64,000 bases of DNA, from positions 12,524,001-12,588,000 of the forward strand of contig OZ176051.1 in the NCBI GenBank assembly GCA_964247055.1, given 5' to 3'. Below, piece after piece: positions 13,548 through 25,201 of the stretch. Within the stretch, counting starts at the first letter, position 1. Every line of letters starts with the position of its first letter. Both the position numbers and the translations under genes were made by a program. A model generated the notes under the pieces. That model was not told the DNA's origin. It made no database searches and saw only the letters and a program-made list of their open reading frames with translations. This DNA is from Paragordius varius (lineage: Eukaryota > Animalia > Nematomorpha).

Positions 13548-14048
13548 ATATAGATATATTTTGATTTTTTTCTATATACATACATAATGTTTCTCAAAAT
13601 ATATATTTGCAATCATAAAAACAATTTATATAAAAAAATGTATTTCAAATATGGCGTTATAGAGACATATCATTGGTTCTAAGACGGTGGTTTTATATAG
13701 ATAAAATATATGTTCAATGCTAAATATTGATGATAAAACATATTACATATAAATAATAGCATATCCTAAAAAATAGTATTGATAGAAGTTCATACAAAAC
13801 AAAATTTTATTGCGTTGGATAGAAAAGTGACTTTAAAAACTTTAATTTTGTGATTTGAGTTTATAGAGTCTGTCGGGAGAGCCAAAAAGCACTGCTTGAG
13901 TAAATGCCAATTAATTTGCGCGCATTTACGGTGATTGAACATTAGTTTATTTACAAGAGCGTTCGTTTTATATTATTTTTTTTTCGGTGTTGAATATATA
14001 GAGATTCAAATAAATGGTTTGAAAAATGTTAGCGATTGCAGATTATTA

Positions 14049-15367
14049 TTATTTGATATGTAATTTGTTTGATTTTACTGAATTAGAGGTGGAATTTTCA
14101 GTTTCTTCCGTTTCAGAGGAACTGCTCCTCTCATCTTTTTCAACCTATAGATATACAGCATAAAAATAAAATGGGATATCCCCCCTCTATATTGTTAGTT
14201 GTTGGAAAGTTTAAAGACTTACAATGATTGGAAATGTATTTTCGCGAAAGCATATATATCAAAATATTAAAAATCAACCAATAACACCCATTTAGACATC
14301 AAAATCACCCTAAAAATTAATTAACTTACGAAAAAGAATTTTGTGGCAAAGTATATTATTTTTATGTTTTATGTTTCAAGTTTACAAAAAATTTAATTTT
14401 ATTAAAAAATATATCAAAAAATACATGTATTTTTGGATATATTAAAAAAACATTATTTATTGGGTGGTATATACGAATTGGTCAAGGGCGATTTGCGTTG
14501 CAAATGATATACACACATATATATATATATATATATCTTATAAAACACTTACAATCTAGTACAGTCATGTATGTTTATAAATGTTAAACATACGTTTTTA
14601 ATTGATTTTACTTTGTTTTTAATTGTGTTTACAATAAATAGGCTATATTATTATTTTAATAGGCTTCTTAAAAATGCGCATGTTGAAAGTTGATATATCA
14701 AACATCATCATAACAATTAGAAAAAACAACAAAGTAAAAAATCAATTAAAAACGTATGTTTGACATATGTATAAAAATTCATGACTTTAATATATATAAA
14801 CTTACATGTCCATGCCGGAGTGATTTAACCGCAATCTTGAGTATGAAAATGAACCAAAAAACGTGCAAGAAATAGAGTAGAATAAGGAGGGCATTGTACA
14901 AATAGTATGCGGCAAAAAAGGAATCCATATTCAAGCTGGCAATAAACAGGGTAGGATAAATGACTCGATAGGGATAAAGCACCAAACGCGTAACAAACCA
15001 AATGGCGGTAAACAAGGAAAAAATGATATTACACGTCCGATGCATTTTACAGTAATTGGCCATTTTAGCTGCCTATTATAAGGAAATATTGTTACGAATT
15101 GCAATTATATAATGATTCAGCTAAAATTATAAGCAATTTTTATTGGATGAATTTTTGATCATTACTAAGAAATCTTTGTCAAACGTAAAAAATAAAATTA
15201 AAATATATACATAAAAAATTAAAGTATAAAGCAAAAATATTTAATGAGATATGAAAGTAAAAAAACATGTGTTTAATTTATTTCAATAGTTATTAATAAA
15301 TGATGATGTATAAAACTAATAATTTTACAGTGATTAACATTATGTTCAAAAAGTAAATTTTTACATG

Positions 15368-15409
<42 letters not shown>

Positions 15410-18400
15410 TGGATTGAAAAAACAAAAACCACAAATAAACTATATATTACAATCGAGTTGTATCCTTTATTTTATCAAAAATTTATTTTTTTTTTCGTTA
15501 AATGGGTATAAATTTTTGTTAAAAAATAGAAAAAACAAGAGCTATATGGTAATAACTAATGTCATATTCATCAAAAAAGTATAAGAATTACCATAAAGCT
15601 TAGGTTCAATTCTTTACCAAATATGTATTTATACCCATTTAACAAAAAAAAATAAATTTTTGATAGAATAAAGGATACATGACTGTATATATAATGGCTC
15701 AATTTTATAAAAAAAATCACTAGTGTATTAAATATGCTGTACGACAAAACAGTTTAAACACTTCTAAGCTTAAATTGCAATATGTAGGCAAAAAAGTGGC
15801 TAAAAATGAGTCAAATTACAAAATTAGCACGCATGGAACGAGGTTTTTTAATTCCGAGTGAATTAATAGTTAGATTTTTTTCAAAAAAAATGTTTAAAAT
15901 AAAACAAAAGCCCCAAAAACATATATAATTATTTTAAAAAAAGGGAAAAAAACACGTCAAGTATATGAAAAGCAAATTAGTTCAAAAAAAAAATTCTTTT
16001 TTTTATACCTCCATCCAAAAATCGACGGCATCATGAATGACTAAAACTAGCGTTCCCATACGAACCATATTATCGATCCAGGAAAATGTCATGAGCGCAA
16101 GGGTGCACACATGATGGGTAAACATTTGCCAAAAATCCTAAAATATAAATATATACTATATATATATGGCATTTATTGATTAAAAATCATAGAAAGTTTT
16201 TAATTTTTGTGCCAAATAGCATATATATACACAACAAAGGGCAGCAGTATTATTGGCTTTTAGTTATAGTTTTTTCACTTTTTATCATTAAATTAGCTAA
16301 TAATAAATCCTCTTTGCTGCATATGCTATTTGGTAATAATTTAAAACTTTCTAGCAATATATACTTACTCATACTGGATATGTTATCCAAAATTTATATC
16401 GTTGAAAACATAATACATATTAAATAATAAGGTTGAATATAACAATGGCATAAAAACCAACTAAGTGCGAAAAATTAACTCATAAATATAGAAATAGGCC
16501 ATAAAAACATTATGATGAAGACAAGGCTAAAATTTTTTAAAATGTGTTTTGATCTCTGATTTAAATCTATCAAAAATCAATGCTAATTATATGAGTATCC
16601 AATTTACCCGAAACAGAAGGCTATTTGGTCATGGTTTAAAACATGGTTTTCCTAATCAAAAAAATATCCTAAAATAAATTTAACAGTATTAAAAATATTT
16701 TTTTACATTAAATATTATAGTAATTTAAGCTGTTGGACAAAGAACAAACTAAAATGTATTTATAAAGAAAAACTTTTCGTTTGACATCCTTGAATTGTGA
16801 AACCATAAGGGAACAGTAAAAGCCCATCTCAATCATATAATACCAATACATACCGGGTGTGATTGTCTATACATAGGACATAAGCAAAAATTAACAATGT
16901 ATTCATAAACAAAATATAATTACATAGTTGAATATCATTAGGGGTTTAAAAACATACAAAAACTTTCACAGCCTCTACTTTGAATTGTTATAATGAAAAA
17001 AATAAATAAAGCCTTATTCAATCAAATTAATTCATATATTTTTAATTGTTTTTAGAGATTTTAACATTCTTGTCCTCTGACATATGTATTAGTAAAATGA
17101 CAGAAAATCTATTAAAAAAGATGAATTTTCTAATAAGGGTTAAAATTGAAACAATAAAACATGTATTATTATTCTAATAGCATACCTGAAACGGGAAACC
17201 TATCCAACATTCATTGGAATCTGTAAACCATGATTTCTAACAAAAATTAAATAATATGATTAAATATTTATATATTTAGAAATTCTATAAGATTAAGGGA
17301 TTATGTAATCGTTTGTGAAGATTTCTTATAGCAAAGAGACTCAACTGACAGTTTTTTGAATAAAATCCAGCATATTTTTATATCTTGGGTTTTTAATAGC
17401 CGTATATGATTAGAATTCTCTGTAATTTACTTTAACCTTTTTTTATCGATAAATTACGTTCGTGTTATAAAAAAAGTTAAGAGAAAAAATTATTTTAAAT
17501 ATAAAAAATATAAAATGTATTATTTCGTTTAATATTAGAATAAGTAATATCTTACGTCCCAAAGAACCACAATCCCATATGTGAATGCCAATATGTAATA
17601 GGTAAATCTCCAACTATAACACATAAAACAATTACAATTAAAAAATATTATTGTTGATTATTAACCGAAAAATCTCAAAAATTATTCATATTTTTATGTT
17701 GAAAAATCGCTAATTGTAAAATTTAAATCTTATTGTTCAAGAAAATTTTTTATATATACCATTTACAGTTCAAATTCACCCTTGAACAATTCAAATTCAC
17801 CCTCGAACAATTCAAATTAACTCTTGAACAATTCAAATTCACCTTTGAACAATTCAAATTCACCCTAAAAATAAATTATGTTTTTTCGAACTAATATAAC
17901 TAATTATTAATATAAAATATATGTTTATGCTAGAGTTTATTATTTTTTCAGTATTATTTTAATTTAAAACATAATTTTTATATTTTAAAATATATAAAAT
18001 ATAGGTAATATTTAATCTTAAAAAACTTATATTTTATAGGGTGAATTTGAATTGTTCGAGGGTGTATTCGAATGGTTCAAGGGTGATTTCAAGGGTGAAA
18101 TTGAATTGTAAATGGTATATATATATATATATATATACCAGCTTTCAGAAAATTTTATTAATGGGCCCGGTTTATAGGTGGGTTTAGCTTTCCATTGCTT
18201 AAATCCTTGTACTAGGGGACATTGAGAACACATTCTTGCATTCCAAGCACATATCGCCGTTTGAAAACTTTTAAATTTGCCGTCATTGGCTTTTAGTGAT
18301 TTGTTTAGTAATAATAATTTTTTGGAATGATAATCAGTACTATGGTTGTGTCGGTGGATTTTTTCATCAATTGTATCACGACGTCCGCCACCATCATGGC

Positions 18401-19413
18401 CATTCGGGTGGTAACCATTCTTGTTGCCATGGTAACCGTTACTATGGTTACTGCTATGACCATTTGGAATAGTAGATGGCTTATTCTTGTTGTTTCTCAG
18501 CCTATTCTTTATACCATTACTGGAAACAATTGGGTCATTGCAGGTCTGAGGTGCCTGTGTATGATCAAATGTTTGAGAATAAATGCCGTTGCCATTAGCA
18601 ACGGGTTTTGGAATCGGTTTTTGTCCAATTTTATCATATGTGATGGAGTTTCGCTTTTGTCTTTTTTTAACGTAACGTGGTTTATCGCTCAAATCATAGT
18701 ATCGGCCCAAAGGATATGCGATATATCTTTACAATGTAAAATATATGAATGTACATTATTAAAATGATGTATAAAATAGCCCACGGCTAATTTTTAAAAA
18801 CACTTGTTAAACTATATCATTATTTAACTTTATTTGTAAAAAAACACCTAAAGCCATTTTATTTAATATAATGGATTTATAAAGCACATGAAACATTGTA
18901 AAACAAAAAATAATAAATATATAAATTCAAGGTCTTCTTGTGGCCATTATCCTACAAAAAAACAATATTATTAACATTCGGAAAAAAAATTAGCCATATT
19001 ATTATGTTGTAAAATAATCCACATTTCTATTTACACAGCTTGGAAAATAAAATGCTATCTAAAAATCAATAAACACCAAATTTATAATTGGATATACCAC
19101 AAATCATCGTGATTTAAAAATAAATATGAATGTCTTTTACGAAGTAAAAAGGTCTGGTAAATATATTTTTGGTTAAAAACATCATACTACGATATATCTG
19201 TATTATATACCTTTCGAAAAACCAACGAATGATTAATATGAAACAAGAAACGTATATTGGAGTCCATAAATCCCTTGATTCTGGGTAACGTAAGCCCTTG
19301 GCATAATCAGATTGAATATCTTGCCACTGTAAGTTGGGCGGTAACCAAAAATTAGGATTCCAAAACCATTGTGAAAAAGTTTTTTGTGTTTGTTGGTATG
19401 AGGAATAAAACAT
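14049..19413 (-). CDS. CERS: Ceramide synthase (LASS/CerS5/6-like, TLC domain), 494 aa, 8 exons: 19413-19211, 18726-18139, 17613-17556, 17236-17186, 16866-16774, 16137-16009, 15072-14806, 14144-14049
   Basis: Motifs are WFWNPNFWLPPNLQWQD, KFSESCWRFTYY, YWYYMIEMGFYCSL, the Lag1 motif KRKDFWQMFTHHVCT...LVIHDAVDFWMEAAKMANY, TRLVLYP and the acidic Ser tail EKDERSSSSETEE. The exons sum to 1485 nt and all junctions are GT-AG and in phase. Confidence 0.93.
14562..14787. mobile_element. MITE with CAGTCATG-type termini in the last CerS intron
   Basis: Inverted arms AAACATACGTTTTTAATTGATTTT / AAAATCAATTAAAAACGTATGTTT, with termini CAGTCATG / CATGACT. Confidence 0.65.
15450..15685. mobile_element. MITE, second copy of the 11805-12003 family
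   Basis: Shares the TATCCTTTATTTTATC / GATAGAATAAAGGATACATGACTG ends and the internal GAGCT..ATGGTAAT arms. Confidence 0.75.
17757..18117. mobile_element. MITE family A (TIR TACCATTTACA, subterminal 21-bp tandem unit TTGAACAATTCAAATTCACCC), TA target
   Basis: Inverted termini flanked by TA, with 21-bp units at both ends. Further copies lie at 27621-28040, 29968-30416, 33550-33880 and 44906-45150. Confidence 0.85.
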
Positions 19414-21481
19414 TATACATAAGTTATGGTTTTTAATTACAAGTGTTCAAAAACGTTTAAACAAAACCAAAAAAAAGAGAATGGACTTCAAAACTAGGTT
19501 AAGTTAAATCAAATAACATTTGTGAATAAATTATGACTATATAAACAGATTAATATTTACTATGTATATCATATTGTCTTGAATAAAATATTAATCATGC
19601 TTTAAAGAAAAGTAAAATTAGTATGCAAAAATTAAAAAGCAAAGAGTAGTCATACGGTATAAACGGCTTATATTGAAAATTGCCATATGCTTTGCACGCA
19701 TCCATATGAAAAAATCAAATTATAATTTTTAGAGGATGTTTTAAAAACTAAATATAAAGATTAAATTTCAAATAATACACTTACCGATCGCAAAAATGGG
19801 TGATTTTTGACCATTGTGAGAATTATGAATTTATAGAACAGATGTTTGAGCAATCAAAGGTGAGTTGAAGTAATATTGAAAATTAAGTAACACAAATAAA
19901 AAATAATTGTAATCATAATTTACGAATTATCATGACATAATTGTTGAGCGATATTTATTTGATGATTTTGAGATCTTTCAGCTGAATCGGTGCAAATATG
20001 GTTTCGTAACATTATTTTGTTTAAAGCCATGGATGAGTTGTGTAATTTATCATATTGAAATAGAGAGAAGCATAGATTGCCGAGTTATTTTTAGTTATAA
20101 ATATAATTTTTACAAGGTACAATTACATTCTACTCTTTAAATGAACGTAAATAACACATGCGATCACATTAAAAAGCAAAACATCTAAATTATAAATGTG
20201 TGGTATATCTACTATACACACACATACACATTAAAAAGGATTAAAATTTCTAAAGATAAATAACGTTCATTTCAGCAGATAGTATAGTATAAAGTATGTC
20301 CATAAATAAAACAAAGAAATGTTAAAACATTGAAAAAAATGTTTAATTTTCACCGTTCTTTGTTTGTTACTATACACCATCGTAAATACACTAATTTTAA
20401 TTATATATTCAGTATGGTGACAACTCAAAGAGGACCACATTACTTATGTTTACGTTTTCTAATGTACTTACTTATATACCTTTTTAATAAAATTCTTTTC
20501 AATATAAAATGTAAGGTTATGATTATGTCTTGAGCTGAATTATAAATATATTTATAATGTAATTTTAAATATACATTATTAGTCTTAATTAACATAAATT
20601 GAAAAGTAACAATAACAATAATAAAATTAAGTGTATTTAGTTTTATTTATGATAAAAATATTGTTAATTGAATGGCACGGTGACATAAACTATTTGTTAT
20701 TGAATATGTAAACTAAAAGCATTAATAGTTATGCTAAAAAAATATAAAAAACGAATCATTTGGATAATTCTAAACGTAGTATTAAGGTTTTATATTTTCC
20801 TAAAATACCTTTTTGACAAAAATCGCTTTTTGTGAAATATCACTATGAGCTACTTCGTTCAATTAAGCAACTAAAAATATGGTTCATTAAAGAAATAAAC
20901 ACAAAAAACTTGCGCATGGAAATTTTCCGGAAAACGTTTAAAGTTTTTTCAAACTCAATAGTAAAGATTCAAGTTGTGAGAGTGATTCTAGGTACTCCGA
21001 ATATAAGGCAAATAAACAGAATTTTTCTTTCCTTGGTAGGAAACCCCCTTTAAATGAATGCAAAGCCATATAAAAAACATGGAAAAGTAAATTTTGGAAA
21101 ATTCTATGAAACCATATTTGATTGTGTTATTATATATTGAATAAGCAAATTCAACCCACTTTATAAATAACCAGGGTTAATGCGTCGATATAACGTTAAA
21201 GCATTCTTTTAGATTCCCGCACAAAGGCAAAGTTTTATTTTACTGCTTTTAATATCGCTTAAGGCCCACGCTCTGTTTGTGCCACTATGTAAAAAGTGTG
21301 AAGCATAGGAAAAACTTATAATACCAAGTGGATTTATCCCGTAAAAGGCAAATATTTTGATCCGCTGGGTAGATCTCCATCTTCTGTAAAATATACCACC
21401 ATATAAGTATAATGTCGCTTTTAATCAATTTTAAAACCCATTACATATTAATTTAGTGAGTGTTTTAGGTTTAGGTATATA

Positions 21482-22990
21482 TAAGGTGACCAGACGTCCC
21501 GCTTTTTCACACTTTGTCCCGCGTCCCGCTACGTTTTTAAAATGTCCCGCTTTTTCACGATTATATAAAAGAATTTTTTTTAATACAAATAAAGTTTTTT
21601 TATCCGTTTAAATTTTTTATCATTAAATATCTTTAAAATCTATATAAATTTTAAACTAAATTTTTTTAATTTTTAAATAAAAATATTTATTTTTTTCGAA
21701 TTTATATCATATGATTATACACTTTCCTTCCTACTACTACTGTCATCATTATCAAAAACACAAATTTATACCACAAATCCGGTACCTTACACGTTTATTC
21801 CAGAAAATTAAGGTAACATAATATTTATTATACCAATTTTTTAGTTTTATTACTTCCCAACATTAGCCAAATTAATACCACAAATCGGTAGCTTATTAGA
21901 CAAATTGATACCACAAATCGGTACCTTACACGTTTATTCTAGAAAATTAAGGTAATATAATATTTATACTAATAGTTGTTTATAAATATGAGCACAAAAA
22001 GAGATTGTAACAACGATGAATTAATGAAAGATTTTCCTTTTATCAAAAAAACGAAGAATAAATCATCTGTTAAATGTCTTATATGTAAGGGGGAATTCAC
22101 CCTAGCATATGGCGGCAAGCATGATATTACAAAGCATATGGAAACACAGAAACATAAAAAATGTTTAGATATGGCGGCATCATTTTACAAAATGGCGATT
22201 TATATCGAAAAACCGCTTTTGGAGAAGAAGAAAAGAATGTGGCACTAGCTGAGGGTAGGTTATCTTTTCACGACGTTAATCACAATCATTCCTTTAGATC
22301 TATGGACTGTACCTCACAGGGATCCTTTAAAATCTTTTTTTATCGCAGGACAAATGTCATACAACTTTAACAATTTTTTTTAAAAGTGATTCTTCAAAAA
22401 TATGGTTAGAATTCTTACATAATCAAGCTTCTCTCTTTCAAAATGATATTAATATAGAAGGTGACAAAATTTCATCAATCGAAGTAGCCAATGAATTTAG
22501 TTACCTAAAATTCCAATGTCAAGAACGGTTAGAGAATAATTTTATACCATTAACCATTCGCAATATAATAAATAATTTAGAAAAACAAGGCTTAATAAAT
22601 CGCCAAGATATCCTGTACCATATAAAAATGTTTTATACAAACTAAAGATTATTTGACTGGACGACGCAATTCAATGAAATTGATCATTTTCATTGGATAA
22701 CATTAAAATCATAATTTAATTGGTGCGATGTTCAAAAATCATTTGATTATATTTGCTCCCAAAAATTCTCAAAAAGTAATCTTTCAGAAAATGATCTTTT
22801 TTCTGAAGTATCATTAGTTTAAAGATATATTAATAATGAAAAACTTATATAGACAAAAGAAAAATATACAGCAGAAAAGAAATGGTTGGAAATATTTCAT
22901 CATTTTGAAGCCAACTATATTACATACAATAATATTTTAAAAATTGTGGAATTCGCACTATCTTTACCTGGAACGAACGCTGCCCTGAAT
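21482..22990 (+). mobile_element. Internally deleted, decayed hAT transposon
   Basis: The left end is TAAGGTGACCAGA followed by GTCCCG subterminal repeats. Coding remnants are a BED-like finger (KCLICKGEFTL..GGKHDITKHMETQKH), AEGRLSFHDVNHNHSFRSMDCT in a shifted frame, and the dimerisation-domain fragment ILKIVEFALSLPGTNAA near 22935-22985. Only about 1 kb of coding remnant survives, with stops and frameshifts. Confidence 0.75.
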
Positions 22991-23229
22991 TGATTTTGTG
23001 TTTTTTAATATTTTGTGGCCGCTTTTGCGGAAGTCCTGAGTTAAAGGGCCGTTAGCCCTAAATATCACCGCCGAAAAAAATATAATTCCGCCATGCACTA
23101 TTGCCTAAGCGGTTTTACCGGTCCAAAACCCGATTCAATGTATAACTCGAAATTAAAAATATGCCAATCATAGTAGTTAAGTAGGTAATTCCTTTCGAGT
23201 TTGATCCCTTGGAAATTAAAATGACTAGT

Positions 23230-23335
23230 TCTCTCTACTTGTCTTTTTCCCATGGTATTTCTTTTAATTCTTTTATGCATCTACCATATTCCTTTTTACA
23301 GTATCCAGCCATCTTAACATAGGTCTTTCTTTTTT
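23230..23335 (-). mobile_element. Possible 3' fragment of an RTE-like LINE
   Basis: Minus-strand translation RPMLRWLDTVKRNM resembles the RP..RW.D.V..DM motif at the end of RTE-clade ORF2. The match is very short. Confidence 0.35.
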
Positions 23336-23339
23336 TTCA

Positions 23340-23438
23340 AATATTTTAAAAGCAGTACAAAAGTCATGGCAGTACAGGCGCAGTTTATTTCGAAAACTGA
23401 GTACTCTACTGCGAAAAACAGCCAATCTGGTCACATTA
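23340..23438. mobile_element. Isolated hAT end of the 12220-13547 family
   Basis: Reverse complement of the left end of the 12220 element, ending ATCTGGTCACATTA. There is no matching TSD with the 21482 end. Confidence 0.7.
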
Positions 23439-24035
23439 AATTTATGGTTTTTGGGATAGTATCTCCCAGGGGCCGTTTACATAAATATCATAAAATATTT
23501 TTAGTGTTTCAAAATATGCTTCCGCTTTTTAACATACCAAAAAAGATTTTAAAATATTAAAATTGTATACTTCATCCAAACTTTTTCTCCGACATTTATC
23601 TTCTTTAAATAGTTAATAACAGCCAACAAAAAAATCTTCTGGATTATAAAATCCCAATGTTATTAAGTGTCAAGGATAGGTATCAGAATGGATCCCCTAT
23701 AACCGGAATCTTTTTCCGAACACTTAAATGACTACGGGATTACTCATAATCTATATTTAAGAACGAATTAGTATATTCAGTATTTAAGGCTATAGTGGTA
23801 AAAATATAAAAAAATATATCTTAAAACTAGATATCGCTGTAACAATTTTTTTAAAAAACTACATATTTATCTTATTTTAATTGGATACCTACTAAGCTTA
23901 AATAGTTATTAATCCAAATAAGGAGTGGTATAAATAACAATATTTGTTTTATAGTTTTGTAATTTTTTTCAAACCACTAAAAATTTGAACCCATTTATAC
24001 GTACAATCATTTATATATCTGATCCACCAGCTGAA

Positions 24036-25156
24036 ATGCGGAATGTTAATCGGGGGTTATTGGTTTTTTTCGGGCTTTTGGATATCGCAATTAATACTCT
24101 TTTTTATTGCCACGGAAGTAAAGCTTGCCCCCAAAACTTTTGGAATGTGAAGTATTTTGATATTTATCACGATATTTTTGACACATGGTTGATTAATTTT
24201 TTACGCGCTTGTTTATTATTGGGTTTTGGCTTATATTTATATTGCGGATCACCCACCATAAAATGCTTAAATATTTACAAAAATATTGTTATAATTGTAT
24301 GCCTATTATCCTATACTTACCTGATGATAAAATTGTTGGTCATGTCTGAGAAAATATTGAATTGGAAGAACCGGCCATATTTTTGGTGCCATTTTTCATG
24401 GTCTTTTGCATCCATCGTTATTACTTTTGTCCTGATTAATATCAAAATTAAACAACTTACAAAACAAGTACAGATCCTCAATCACAAACAAAAATTAAGT
24501 TTACGCAAGAAGAAGGATAATCATAAAACTAACGTTGCCGCATCCTCATATGTAACGCCGGCAACATCGGCTCGAAAAGATGTGTTAGTTCGTAAACCCA
24601 GTCCAGAACTCTCATTACTTCCAAACGAACATGTCAATTCACCTTCCAGTTTGCCGGAAGACGCCGCAACACTGAAAGCTAGTCCAGATGCAAATAACCC
24701 AACTAATGATAAGACTCTACCCCAAAAAACTACTACGGAACAGGAAGAGGAAAACGCTGATGAATATATTATTCCACCATCTACAAAACAGCTTGTGACT
24801 CCCATGCTTCGTATCATTAATTATGCCTTACCCGATTACGGGATATATAGTATAGCTTTCCTGTTTCTGTTTATAGCAGCCATTGCTGATATCTTTCAAC
24901 CCTATTACATGGGTAAAGTGATTGATGGCATAGTGATTGGTAAGAGTTATAAACAATTCTCCAATGCCATCCTCATCATGAGTATAATAAGTATCGTTTC
25001 AGCTTTTGCGGCTGGGGTGCGGGGTTGTTATTTTACCGTTTGCATTTCCCGCCTAAATTTACGTGTGAGGAAAACGTTGTTTGCATCTCTCTTGCACCAA
25101 GATATGGCTTTCTTTGATGAAGTCAAAACGGGAGAATTGACATCTAGGTAAGTTTT

Positions 25157-25201
<45 letters not shown>

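Noticed and set aside
18327-18767. 146-aa plus-strand hydrophobic ORF, and similar ORFs at 3764-4018, 24521-24817, 40785-41054, 41620-41829, 59949-60230 and 62459-62722
   Set aside because: All lie antisense to well-supported coding exons and have no recognisable motifs; they are shadow ORFs.
19780-19870. Strong donor-like sites (minus-strand GTAAGT near 19793; plus-strand AAG|GTGAGT near 19860)
   Set aside because: These could mark a CerS 5' UTR exon or a non-coding transcript, but no ORF or partner acceptor can be established from sequence alone.
21180-21390. Higher-GC patch, possible small two-exon minus-strand gene or ncRNA
   Set aside because: The hypothetical 43-aa product has no recognisable motif, and I found no tRNA, snRNA or snoRNA hallmarks.
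23985-24035. TTG start for the ABC transporter as given by the ORF track
   Set aside because: The in-frame ATG at 24036 gives an N-terminus matching ABCB9 TMD0. An upstream exon via the AG at 23953-23954 cannot be excluded but has no support.
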